Origin: Dehalococcoidia bacterium
Lineage (GTDB): Bacteria > Chloroflexota > Dehalococcoidia > Bin125
Direction of reading: 5' to 3'
Length of the DNA stretch: 64,000 nt
Assembly (NCBI GenBank): GCA_963555985.3
Contig: OY820591.1
Span: 512,001-576,000, forward strand
The translations under genes and the position numbers were made by a program. Below the pieces are notes generated by a model. The model did no database searches. It saw nothing but the letters and a program-made list of their open reading frames with translations, and was not told the DNA's origin. Of the stretch, positions 18,379-27,760 are shown in pieces; position 1 is the stretch's first letter; each line of letters starts with the position of its first letter.

Positions 18379-18830
18379 TCGTCCGCTCCGCGCTCGATGG
18401 CGGCGATCGCGTCATCGCCGGTGAGGGCCTGTCCGTTGGGGATGATCACGATGCCGGTGGTGATGAAGCTGTTGACGTTGTCGTCGGTACCGCCGACGAC
18501 GATCCAGTCGCCCGGGCTGACGGCGTCGGTCCAGATTGAGCTCATGGCTTCGACGACGGCGTCGCGGGTGAAGCGGATGGGGATGGAGGTGTCGCCGTCG
18601 CGGACGATCCAGGCGTCGCCGTCGCGGGAGGTGACGAAGCCGACGACATCGCCTTGGGGGGCGCCGTCGCTGCCGATGCGGGGCTGTTCGGCGGTCTCGT
18701 AGACGCGGATGCTCTCGGTGGATTGGGGCGCGCCCCACTGGTAGCCGGCGCCGAGCATGGCGCCGAAGACGACGGCGGCGATGGGGATGATGAGGAGGCG
18801 TGAGCTCCAGCCGCTCAAGCGTTCACGCAC
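18375..18830 (-). CDS. Membrane-anchored hypothetical protein with OB-fold-like domain
   Basis: N-terminal TM; VVGFVTSRDGDAWIV...AVSPGDWIVVGG. Confidence 0.75.
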   Translation of the reverse strand: MRERLSGWSSRLLIIPIAAVVFGAMLGAGYQWGAPQSTESIRVYETAEQPRIGSDGAPQGDVVGFVTSRDGDAWIVRDGDTSIPIRFTRDAVVEAMSSIWTDAVSPGDWIVVGGTDDNVNSFITTGIVIIPNGQALTGDDAIAAIERGADE

Positions 18831-18901
18831 GTGTCGGCTCTCGTGTTTCCGGGGGTTGGTGTTGTGTTGGCGCGGTGATCATGGGGTGTTTGTGGGTGGG
18901 C

Positions 18902-18958
18902 GGACCCCCCTCTGTCGCTGCGCGACATCTCCCCCCGCGATGCGGGGGGAGAGGGGGA
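18902..18958. repeat. REP-like double hairpin, family A
   Basis: ggacccccctctgtcgctgcgcgacatctccccccgcgatgcggggggagaggggg. Confidence 0.8.
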
Positions 18959-18997
18959 GGAGGGCTGCGGAGGCCTTTGTAACACGATCTGCGCGCT

Positions 18998-19092
18998 CCG
19001 TCATTGCCGCGCTCCGCCGCGGCAATCTCGCTGTACGGGCGACGACGGTGCAGATCACGGCGAGATACCCGCGGCAAGCGCGGGTATGACGG
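18998..19092. repeat. CGTC-tagged REP doublet (REPIN-like), family B
   Basis: ccgtcattgccgcgctccgccgcggcaatctcgc-[spacer]-gcgagatacccgcggcaagcgcgggtatgacgg; copies at 33899-33997 and 39188-39286. Confidence 0.85.
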
Positions 19093-19183
19093 TCCTTTGA
19101 TTCACGCAACGGTCTCGCTGCACAGCAGAGGGCGGACCGGGGTCCGCCCTCTGGGTTTGGTTGGGTCGGTTGGCCTTTCTTGG

Positions 19184-21325
19184 TTAGGTGGCGAAGCCGG
19201 CGGCTTCGAGGGCGTCGGCGACGTCGGCGAGCTCGATTTCTTCCAGCTTGGCGCGGCTGGGGACGCAGGTGTCCACATCCCAGCCGGAGGCGTTGAGGAA
19301 GTCGGTTTCGAGGGTCTCGATGTCGAGGATGACGTCGGCGAGGGGGCCGGTCTTCTGGACGGTGCCTTCGCCGCCCCAGAGGCGGGGTGGGGCGAAGCGG
19401 GCGCGGGGGTTGTCGCCCTCGCGGACGGTGAAGGCCATGCGCAGGTTGGCGATGCGCTCGCCGGCGCGCTGGAGCTCTTCGCCGGACATGTCCCAACCGG
19501 TGACGGCGTTGATCCACTGGGGGAAGCGGTCGGTGGGGGCGGCCATCATGATGAACTGGCACATGCCGGTGGAGTTGGAGATGTGCATGTACTCAGAGGC
19601 GCCCTTGTGGTGCTCGCCGCGGTTGTCGTAGTCCTTGAAGTCGCGCGGGGCGGCGGGGTAGGCGGGTCCGCCGTAGCGGGAGTTGCCCTCGTACTGGGTG
19701 TGGCGGGCCGGGGTGGGGTCGAGCTTGTAGGTCGTCCAGTACTCCGGCTGCAACTTGGCGTCGTGCATGGGCAGTTCCTGGCCGCCGACGTCGGTGCGGA
19801 ACTCCTGGGCGCGGTCGTCGCCGTTCTTCTCGTCGATCTTGGCAGCCGCGACCTGCATCCCGTCGGCGAGCAGGTCGCCGAAGCCCTCGCGCTTGCCGAT
19901 CAGGTGGAGCATCTCCATGATGCCGTCGTCGTTGCTCCAGGTGAGTTCGACGCCGCCGGTGTCTTCGAGGTCGATCAGGCCGTTCTCGAAGCACTCGATG
20001 GCGAAGGAGATGGTGGTACCGGCGCCGATCGTGTCGAGGCCGTACTCGTTACACCAGTGGTTGGCGGCCTGCATCATGTCGATGTTGGCGGAGAGGTTCA
20101 TGGTGCCGAAGGAGGCGACGGTCTCGTACTCGGCGCGGTGGGTGTCGACCGGGTACTTGAACACGCCCTTGTCGTGTCCGGCTTCGGCGAGGCCTGGCGC
20201 GACGGTGCCATGCGGCGATTCGATCGACTCGGCGCCACAGGCCATGGGGCAGCGCCAGCAGCCGTAGCTCTTGTGGCGGACGGCCTTGCCGTTGACGTCG
20301 ACGGCGCGCGGGGCGGGGGAGTGGTTGGGGTCGATCGGGGGCATCCCCGTTGCGGGGTCGATTTCGAGTTCGGCGTGAGTCATGCGGGTGGCGTTGAACA
20401 TCATGCCGGACATGGAGTCGACTTCGGGGAAAACGTCGACGCCGACGCCGCCCCAGTTGCGGACGGGGGAGTCGCCGTTGTGGGCGGAGCCGGTGCTGAT
20501 GCCGGTGGTGCCGAAGCCGGCGAAGAAGTCGCGCAGGGGAGCGATGAACTCGTTGCGGGACTGGCGGGCCAGTTCGCGCACGCCGGTGTCGCGCGCGAGC
20601 ATGTTCTCGCGCGGGGTACCGCCGGCCTTGACGACGACGGCTTTGACTTTCTTGGAGCCCATGACCGCGCCGACGCCGGAGCGGGCGGCGAGGCGGCCGT
20701 GCTCGTTGCAGATGCCGGCGAGGTAGGAGAGTTGCTCACCGGAGGGGCCGATGCAGGCGACCGAGGTCTTTTTGCCGTAGAGCTCCTTGAAGGCGTTCTC
20801 GACCTCGATTGCGCCCATGCCCCAGTACTCGGAAGCGTCCTCGATCGAGACGTCATCGCCGTCGACCAGGATGTAGACGGGGTTCTCGGACTGACCGTAG
20901 AAGAGGATGCCGTCCCAGCCGGCGAACTTGAGGTAGGGGCCGAAGTCGCCGCCGCAGTTGGCGTCGCCCCAGCCGCCGGTGGAGGGCGACTTGCAGACGG
21001 CCTGGAAGCGGTTGCCGAAGATTGGGGTACCGGTGAGCAGGCCGGGCATGAGGCCGAGCACGTTGTCGGGGCCGAGCGGGTCGGCGCCGGCGGGGATGCG
21101 GTCGAAGAGCAGGCGCGCGCCGATGCCGTAGCCGCCGAGGTAGTCCTTGTACATCTGCTCGGGCAGGTCTTCGCGCTCGACTGCGCCCTCGCCCAGGCGG
21201 ACGTTGATGATTTTGCCGTTGTAGGCGACTTCGCTGGGACTCCACTCGCGATCCGCAAACGGATCGGTGGCTTCCGCTGCGGCGTCGTCGCCGTTGCCGC
21301 CGGGTACATTCGCCATTTCTGCCAA
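19184..21325 (-). CDS. aor: Aldehyde:ferredoxin oxidoreductase family (tungstopterin)
   Basis: YLGGYGIG, KSPSTGGWGDANCGG, CIGPSGE, AARSGVGAVMGSKKVKAV, CWRCPMAC, EYET, GLDTI, TGMCQF; alternative ATG at 21316. Confidence 0.92.
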   Translation of the reverse strand: MAEMANVPGGNGDDAAAEATDPFADREWSPSEVAYNGKIINVRLGEGAVEREDLPEQMYKDYLGGYGIGARLLFDRIPAGADPLGPDNVLGLMPGLLTGTPIFGNRFQAVCKSPSTGGWGDANCGGDFGPYLKFAGWDGILFYGQSENPVYILVDGDDVSIEDASEYWGMGAIEVENAFKELYGKKTSVACIGPSGEQLSYLAGICNEHGRLAARSGVGAVMGSKKVKAVVVKAGGTPRENMLARDTGVRELARQSRNEFIAPLRDFFAGFGTTGISTGSAHNGDSPVRNWGGVGVDVFPEVDSMSGMMFNATRMTHAELEIDPATGMPPIDPNHSPAPRAVDVNGKAVRHKSYGCWRCPMACGAESIESPHGTVAPGLAEAGHDKGVFKYPVDTHRAEYETVASFGTMNLSANIDMMQAANHWCNEYGLDTIGAGTTISFAIECFENGLIDLEDTGGVELTWSNDDGIMEMLHLIGKREGFGDLLADGMQVAAAKIDEKNGDDRAQEFRTDVGGQELPMHDAKLQPEYWTTYKLDPTPARHTQYEGNSRYGGPAYPAAPRDFKDYDNRGEHHKGASEYMHISNSTGMCQFIMMAAPTDRFPQWINAVTGWDMSGEELQRAGERIANLRMAFTVREGDNPRARFAPPRLWGGEGTVQKTGPLADVILDIETLETDFLNASGWDVDTCVPSRAKLEEIELADVADALEAAGFAT

Positions 21326-21389
21326 TTCCCTTCGCTGCGTCCCCGCCAGAGCGCCCGTGCGCGCCTGCTGCGGAGCGATGATCAGACTG

Positions 21390-21408
21390 TCCGCGCAGCC
21401 TGCGCGGA
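21390..21408. promoter_or_regulatory. Perfect 9-bp inverted repeat upstream of aor, possible operator
   Basis: tccgcgcag-c-ctgcgcgga, about 65-85 nt upstream of the start. Confidence 0.35.
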
Positions 21409-21486
21409 GACGTATCAGAGACTACAGAATTCGCGGACTGTGCGCTACGTAACGCGGGGGCGGGGCGATGGTGTGGTTGCGGCTGA

Positions 21487-21925
21487 TGGGCTTGGGGGTG
21501 TTCAGGTTGTTCAGGGAGAATTTTATTCGCTGCGCTCGGATCGCGGATTTGCTGTTGTGGACGGGAAAAGCGCGTTCGGGGTGTTCGGGCTTGTTCAGCT
21601 TTGGGTTGTGGTTGGGTGCTGGGCGTGGCGTTCTCACCCCCTCTGTCACTCCGTGACATCTCCCTCCCCGCCTGCGCGGGGACAAGCTCTCAAGGGGGAG
21701 ATTTTGGGCTTGGGGGTGTTCAGGTTGTTCAGGGAGAATTTTATTCGCTGCGCTCGGATCGCGGATTTGCTGTTGTGGATGGGAAAAGCGCGTTCAGGGT
21801 GTTCAGGTTTGTTCGGCTTTGGGTTGTGATTGAGTGCTGGGCGTGGCGTTCTCACCCCCTCTGTCACTTCGTGACATCTCCCTCCCCGCCTGCGCGGGGA
21901 CAGGCTCTCAAGGGGGAGATTTTGG
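21487..21925. repeat. Two-copy 218-bp non-coding tandem repeat, each unit ending in a family A hairpin
   Basis: ttcaggttgttcagggagaattttattcgctgcgctcggatcgcggatttgctgttgtgga begins at both 21501 and 21719. Confidence 0.92.
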
Positions 21926-22138
21926 GGTTGGGGAGTTGGGTGCTAGGCGCAGGTTTGGGGAGGGGCATTGGGTCTCCTGCCCGAGTGTTGACGATACTAA
22001 TGTTCGATAGTAGCAGGTTTGGCGGCGGAGTGGGTGTGTTGGAGGTGACAGGGGATGATGTTTCGGATTGGCGAATTATTGGGATTGGAGTAGGATTCTG
22101 CACGTGATCGGGGAATTTGAGGCCTTGCGCCGCGTCAG

Positions 22139-23530
22139 ATGAGACAGCTTCAGCAGACCTTCGCCGCGTTTGGCGTGCGTGATTTTCGCTTCATGTGGGG
22201 CGGCTCGCTGTTGTCGGTGACGGCGTTCATGACGTCGTTCTCGCTGATTCCCTCGGTCGCGTATGAGCTGACCGGCAGCTACACGGCTGCCGGGATCGCG
22301 ATGCTGGGTTCGGGCATTTCGCAGACGCTGCTGGGGCCGATCGGCGGGGTGATCGCCGACCGTTACCGGAAGAAACCGCTTGTGGTGGTTGGTCAGGCGA
22401 TGCCCGGCGTTCTGCTTGGGGCGCTGGGCACGCTGATTGTCACGGATTTGATCTCCGTGCCCCTGCTGGTGGTGGCGACGCTGGTGATGGGGGCGGGGTT
22501 CTCGCTGATGGGTCCGGCGCGGCAGGCGTGGACCGGGTTCATCGTGCCGCGACGACTGTTGCCGAATGCGGTCGCGCTGCAACAGATGTCGATGAACACC
22601 GGCCAGGTGCTGGGGCCGACGCTGATCGCCCTGTTCGGGCTGTTCATGACGCTGGAGGGGCGCAACACCGGCATTCTCTTCCTCGTGGTCGCATCGTTCT
22701 TCGCGATCGTGGTGCCATTGACGGCGTCGATTCGCACCGAAGGGCCGGCCAAGCCGATCGCCGAGCGGCGGGCGATGTCGGTCGAGTTCCTGGAGGGTCT
22801 TCGCTACCTGCGCTCCAATCCGCGGCTGCGGATTCTCTGGGTCTACTTTCTGCTGATCGTGGCCTGCGGCTGGGGTTTTCAGACCTTGCTGCCCGGCATT
22901 CTGGCGGAGGAGTTTGGCCGCGCTCCGACCGATGTCGGTCCCACGTTCCTGATCTTCGGGGTCTCTTCGCTGGTGATTAACATCCTGCTGGCCGGCGCTG
23001 TTTCAGGGCGTTGGGCTTGGCCGTTGCTGCTGATTATGGGCGCGGTGATGGCGATCGGCTTCTGGCTGGTGGCGATCGCGCCGGGCTACGGGATGTTCTT
23101 GATCCTCGGCGCATTCATCGGCGCCGGTCGTTCGGGCACGATGCTCGTTAACCAGTCGCTGATGATGGCGAACACGAGGCCGGACTACTTCGGCCGGGTG
23201 ATGTCGCTGGCGATGATGGCCTTCGGTTTCCAGGCGTTGTTCGGCCCGGTCTGGGGCGGGATCGCGGACGCGGTGGGCGGGCCTGAGACGATGGCGATGA
23301 TCGGCGTGATCGCGGCCGGGGCGACGGCGCTGATGTTCTTCGGCTGGCTGCGGACGCGGAATTTGCCGCTGGAAGCGGGAACGGCCGCCGCCAGTATGGG
23401 AGGTCGAGTGGGAACGACGGTACAGCGTCCTGTGGCGGCGGCCTCGGCCAACGGCCGGGACCCGCAGCCATCGTTCGCCAGTCAGCTCGCGCCGGTGGCG
23501 TTGATGGATCCGCAGAAGGTGCGGTCATGA
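22139..23530 (+). CDS. MFS transporter, paralog 1 of 7
   Basis: 12-TM pattern, GGVIADRYRKK motif A, GPARQAW, PDYFGRVMS; tail FASQLAPVALMDPQK. Confidence 0.93.
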   Translation: MRQLQQTFAAFGVRDFRFMWGGSLLSVTAFMTSFSLIPSVAYELTGSYTAAGIAMLGSGISQTLLGPIGGVIADRYRKKPLVVVGQAMPGVLLGALGTLIVTDLISVPLLVVATLVMGAGFSLMGPARQAWTGFIVPRRLLPNAVALQQMSMNTGQVLGPTLIALFGLFMTLEGRNTGILFLVVASFFAIVVPLTASIRTEGPAKPIAERRAMSVEFLEGLRYLRSNPRLRILWVYFLLIVACGWGFQTLLPGILAEEFGRAPTDVGPTFLIFGVSSLVINILLAGAVSGRWAWPLLLIMGAVMAIGFWLVAIAPGYGMFLILGAFIGAGRSGTMLVNQSLMMANTRPDYFGRVMSLAMMAFGFQALFGPVWGGIADAVGGPETMAMIGVIAAGATALMFFGWLRTRNLPLEAGTAAASMGGRVGTTVQRPVAAASANGRDPQPSFASQLAPVALMDPQKVRS

Positions 23531-24942
23531 GCCGGCAAGCCGGCCGTTGGGGCGGCGCGTTCGAGTCGTTTGGGCACCGCAACTACCGCTATCTCTGGGG
23601 CGGGTCGCTGCTGTCGACGACCGCCTTCATGACGACGTTTCTGCTCGTGCCGATCGTTGGGTACGAGATCACGGGTTCGTATGCGCTCTCGACGCTCGCG
23701 CAGATGGGCAGCGGGCTGTCGATGTTTTTTCTGGGGCCCTTGGGCGGGGTGATTGCGGATCGTTATCCGAAGAAACCGTTGGTGTTGGCGGGGCAGATTT
23801 TTCCGGCGCTGCTGATCGTGGCGACGGGCATCCTGATCGTGACCGGCCTGATCACGATTCCGCTGTTGTTTGCGGCCACGCTGACGATGGGCTTCGGGTT
23901 TGCGCTGATGGGTCCGGCGCGGCAGGCGTGGTTGGGCGAATTGATTCCGCGCCAGTTGCTGGCGAACGGTGTTGCGTTGCAGCAGATGTCGCAGAACATC
24001 GCGCGGGTGCTCGGGCCGATGCTGGGCGCGATCATCGTGTTCGCCGGGGTGGCTTCCGGCTGGCTCTACCTGTCGGTCGCGGGGCTGTTCCTGATCGTGG
24101 TTCCGCTGACGACGATGCTGCCCTGGACGAAGCCGCCGCGCGCGGAGGGCGATCAGCCGCGCCGATCGGCGTTTGGCGATCTGATCCACGGGTTTGGCTA
24201 TCTGCGCACGAACCGCAGGCTGCGTCTGCTCTGGCTCTACTGGATGGTGATCGTCGTCTGCGGATTTTCGATCAACGCGCTCACGCCCGGGATCATGGAT
24301 CGGGAGTTCGGGCGCGATCCACTGCAAGCCTTCATCGTCTTCCTGCCCTTTGGGATCGCCTCTGTCCTGATCAGCATTCCGCTGGCGGGGTTGATGAATG
24401 GTCGGTTTGCCTGGCCACTGTTGCTGATCTTCGGCGTCGCCTCGGCTGTGACTTTGTGGGCGTTTGCGCTTGCACCGTCGTTCACGCTGCTGATCTTGCT
24501 GGCGATTCCGGTGGGGGCGGCGACTTCCGGGGTGATGTTGATCAACATGTCGCTGATGATGACGAACTCACGCGCCGAGTATTTCGGGCGGGTGATGTCG
24601 TTCATCATGCTGGGCTACGGGATGCAGTCGGTGATGGCGCCGGTCTGGGGCGGTCTGGCGGAGTGGCTGGGCGGGCCGGAGGCGCTGATGTCGGTCGGTG
24701 TGGTGGCGTTGATTGCGACGGCGCTGATGACGGTGGGTTGGCTGAGGACGCGGCATTTGCCGTTGGAGGTTGGGACTGCGGCGGCTGAGGTCGAGCCGGA
24801 ACGGGCGCGGGTGTCGAGTCCGCGTCTGCGCCGACAGCCGGTACCCGCTTTTGCCGCGCAGGTGGCTCCGGTCGTGCTGATGGAAGGTCAGAAAGCAGGC
24901 GAAGCGACGGGCATGGGCGGGATTGTCGCAGGGGGTGACTGA
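23527..24942 (+). CDS. MFS transporter, paralog 2 of 7
   Basis: Same motifs; ATGA overlap; tail FAAQVAPVVLMEGQK. Confidence 0.93.
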   Translation: MSRQAGRWGGAFESFGHRNYRYLWGGSLLSTTAFMTTFLLVPIVGYEITGSYALSTLAQMGSGLSMFFLGPLGGVIADRYPKKPLVLAGQIFPALLIVATGILIVTGLITIPLLFAATLTMGFGFALMGPARQAWLGELIPRQLLANGVALQQMSQNIARVLGPMLGAIIVFAGVASGWLYLSVAGLFLIVVPLTTMLPWTKPPRAEGDQPRRSAFGDLIHGFGYLRTNRRLRLLWLYWMVIVVCGFSINALTPGIMDREFGRDPLQAFIVFLPFGIASVLISIPLAGLMNGRFAWPLLLIFGVASAVTLWAFALAPSFTLLILLAIPVGAATSGVMLINMSLMMTNSRAEYFGRVMSFIMLGYGMQSVMAPVWGGLAEWLGGPEALMSVGVVALIATALMTVGWLRTRHLPLEVGTAAAEVEPERARVSSPRLRRQPVPAFAAQVAPVVLMEGQKAGEATGMGGIVAGGD

Positions 24943-26369
24943 TGGGTGGGCTGCGCACGGCCTTCGCCGCGCTGGGCATGCGCAACTTCCGGCTGCTCTT
25001 CGGCGGCTCGCTGTTGAGCACGACCGCGTTCATGACGACGTTCCTGCTCGTGCCGGTGGTGGCGTATGAGATCAGCGGGTCATACGCGGCGACGGGGATC
25101 GCGCAGATGGGCAGCGGGTTGTCGATGTTCTTCCTGGGGCCGATCGGCGGGGTGATCGCCGATCGCTACGCGAAGAAGCCGTTCGTGATCTGGGGCCAGG
25201 TCTTGCCGGCGCTGCTGATTCTGGCGACCGGGGTGCTGTTGGCGACGGGGCTGCTGACGATTCCGCTGCTGTTCGGGACGACGCTGCTGATGGGGATCGG
25301 GTTCGCGCTGATGGGTCCCGCGCAGCAGGCCTGGGTGGGTGAGCTGATTCCCAGGCGATTGTTGGCCAACGGGGTCGCGCTGCAACAGATGGCGCTCAAC
25401 ATCGGACAGGTGTTGGGGCCTTCGCTGGGCGCGGTGATGCTGCTCGTGTTGGGACTCAGTTCGGGCGATCTCTATTTCCTGGTCGCGTCGTTTTTCCTGA
25501 TTGTGCTGCCGCTGACGCAAATGCTGCCGCGCACGTCTCCGCCGGCCGGCAGCGGACCACGGCGCTCGATCGTGGGCGAGCTGCGGGCCGGCTTCAGCTA
25601 CCTGCGGAGTAACTCGCGGCTGCGCAGTCTTTGGCTCTACTGGATGGTGATTGTCGTCTGCGGCTTTGCGGTGCAGACGTTGCTGCCGGGGATTCTCGAC
25701 CGCGAGTTCGGGCTGCCGCCCAATGCGGCTTTCGTGGTCTACCTGATCTTCGGGGTCGCGGCGCTGGCGATCAATGTGCCCCTGGCCGGGTTGGTCTCTG
25801 GGCGCTACGCCTGGCCGGTCTTGCTGGCGACCGGATTTCTGATGGCGTTGGGGTATGCGCTCTTGGCGGTAGCGCCGACGCTGGCGATCGTGCTGATCAT
25901 GGGCGCGATTCTGGGCGCGGGGCGGTCGGGGGTGATGCTGGTCAATCAGTCGCTGGTGATGACCAACTCACGGCCTGAGTATTTCGGGCGGGTGATGTCG
26001 TTCATCATGCTGGGCTTCGGGGCGCAATCGTTCCTCGCGCCGGTCTGGGGCGGGTTGGCGGATGTGATCGGCGGGCGGAGCGCGCTCTTGGTGGTGGGTC
26101 TGATCGCTGCGATCGCCACCGCGCTGCTGCTTGTGGTCTGGCTGCGGCTGCGACACACGCCGCTCGAACCCGGCAGCGCGGCCGCTGCGCTTCAGCATCC
26201 TGGTACGACATCCGAGCGACCTGCGGCGCCGGAACTTGCCTCCCCTCCGCTGCGCCGCCAGGCCGCGCCCGCTTTTGCCGCGCAGGTTGCGCCGGTCGCG
26301 CTGATGGAAGGCCAGAAACCGAGCGAGGCCACAGACGGCCTGAGGCGGGTCGCGGCGGGCGGTGGCTGA
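24942..26369 (+). CDS. MFS transporter, paralog 3 of 7
   Basis: Same motifs; TGATG overlap; tail FAAQVAPVALMEGQK. Confidence 0.93.
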   Translation: MGGLRTAFAALGMRNFRLLFGGSLLSTTAFMTTFLLVPVVAYEISGSYAATGIAQMGSGLSMFFLGPIGGVIADRYAKKPFVIWGQVLPALLILATGVLLATGLLTIPLLFGTTLLMGIGFALMGPAQQAWVGELIPRRLLANGVALQQMALNIGQVLGPSLGAVMLLVLGLSSGDLYFLVASFFLIVLPLTQMLPRTSPPAGSGPRRSIVGELRAGFSYLRSNSRLRSLWLYWMVIVVCGFAVQTLLPGILDREFGLPPNAAFVVYLIFGVAALAINVPLAGLVSGRYAWPVLLATGFLMALGYALLAVAPTLAIVLIMGAILGAGRSGVMLVNQSLVMTNSRPEYFGRVMSFIMLGFGAQSFLAPVWGGLADVIGGRSALLVVGLIAAIATALLLVVWLRLRHTPLEPGSAAAALQHPGTTSERPAAPELASPPLRRQAAPAFAAQVAPVALMEGQKPSEATDGLRRVAAGGG

Positions 26370-27760
26370 TGCGTGAGACGTTCGCGGCGTTTGGGGTGCG
26401 GAACTATCGCCCGCTCTGGTTCGGGTCGCTGCTGAGCACGACCGCGTTCATGACCACGTTCCTGCTCGTGCCGGTAGTGGCTTACGAGATCACGGGTTCG
26501 TATACAGCTTCCGGGATCGCCACGATGGGTTCCGGAATCTCGATGTTCTTCGTGGGACCGCTCGGCGGCGTGATTGCGGATCGCTATGCGAAGAAGCCGC
26601 TGGTGCTGGCGGGGCAGATCTTTCCGACGCTCTTGATCGTGATCACCGGCGTGCTGGTGGTGACTGGTCTGATCACGGTGTGGATGTTGTTTCTCTCGAC
26701 ATTGCTGATGGGCTTCGGCTTTGCCGTGATGGGACCTGCGCGTCAGGCCTGGCTGGGCGAGTTGGTACCGAAGCGGCTGTTGGCGAACGGGGTCGCTTTG
26801 CAGCAGATGTCGCAGAACATGGCGCGCGTGTTTGGGCCGTTGCTGGTCTCGATTCTGATCGCGGCGTTCTCCTTTAGCACCGGCTACCTCTACCTGATCG
26901 TGGCCAGTTTTTTCCTGATCGTGATTCCGCTGACGACGATGCTGCCCTGGACCAAACCGGCGCGGCGCGAGGGCGAGCCGCCGCGCGTGTTGGCGGAGAT
27001 GCGCTCCGGTGTGGTCTATGTGCTGCGGAGTCCGAGGCTGCGCATTCTCTGGCTCTTCTGGATGGTGATCGTCGTCTGCGGATTCGCTTTCAACACGCTG
27101 ATGCCCGGGTTTGTCGAGCGCGAGTTCGGGCGTCCCTCCGCCGACGCTTTCACGGTCTATCTCGTCTTTGGGGTCGCCTCCTTCCTGTTCAACATTCCGC
27201 TGGCGGGGATGGTCGGCGGGCGTTGGGGTTGGCCGCTGTTGCTGATCATGGGGTTTGGTACGGCGGTCTCATTCTTCTTGCTCGCGGGCGCGCCCGGGTT
27301 CGGGGGGATGCTGCTGATGAGCATCCTCAGCGGGGCGATGAGTTCGGGCGTGCTGCTGGTGACGATGTCGCTGATGATGGCGAACTCGCGGCCTGAGTAT
27401 TTCGGGCGGGTGATGTCGTTCATCACGCTTGGCTACGGCGCGCAGATGTTTATGGCCGGGGTTTGGGGCGGGGTCGCCGACGCGATCGGCGGACGGCAGA
27501 CGTTCGTGGTGATTGGCTTGATTGCGCTTGCGGTCACCGCGCTCATGATCGTCGGTTGGCTGCGCACTAGACGGCTGCCGATGGAGGCCGGCACCGCGGC
27601 CGCCGCGACCGAGACACCCGCCGAGCGGCGCGGGGGCATTCCGGCGCAGCGTCCTGAGCCGGTGTTCACAGCGCGGATCGCGCCGGTCGCGCTGATGGAG
27701 GCGCAGAAGCGAGAATTGGCTGGAAGCGCGTTCAGCCCCTCCACGACGGGAGGCGACTGA
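26369..27760 (+). CDS. MFS transporter, paralog 4 of 7
   Basis: Same motifs; TGATG overlap; tail FTARIAPVALMEAQK. Confidence 0.93.
   Translation: MRETFAAFGVRNYRPLWFGSLLSTTAFMTTFLLVPVVAYEITGSYTASGIATMGSGISMFFVGPLGGVIADRYAKKPLVLAGQIFPTLLIVITGVLVVTGLITVWMLFLSTLLMGFGFAVMGPARQAWLGELVPKRLLANGVALQQMSQNMARVFGPLLVSILIAAFSFSTGYLYLIVASFFLIVIPLTTMLPWTKPARREGEPPRVLAEMRSGVVYVLRSPRLRILWLFWMVIVVCGFAFNTLMPGFVEREFGRPSADAFTVYLVFGVASFLFNIPLAGMVGGRWGWPLLLIMGFGTAVSFFLLAGAPGFGGMLLMSILSGAMSSGVLLVTMSLMMANSRPEYFGRVMSFITLGYGAQMFMAGVWGGVADAIGGRQTFVVIGLIALAVTALMIVGWLRTRRLPMEAGTAAAATETPAERRGGIPAQRPEPVFTARIAPVALMEAQKRELAGSAFSPSTTGGD

Noticed and set aside
21326-21470. Moco/Wco riboswitch upstream of aor
   Set aside because: I could not find the conserved riboswitch elements by eye; an Rfam search would settle it.
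19004-21829. 941-aa + strand ORF
   Set aside because: Antisense shadow of aor that runs through repeats; no recognisable motifs.
21991-22007. LexA box before the MFS operon (gatactaatgttcg)
   Set aside because: Only one half-site matches.
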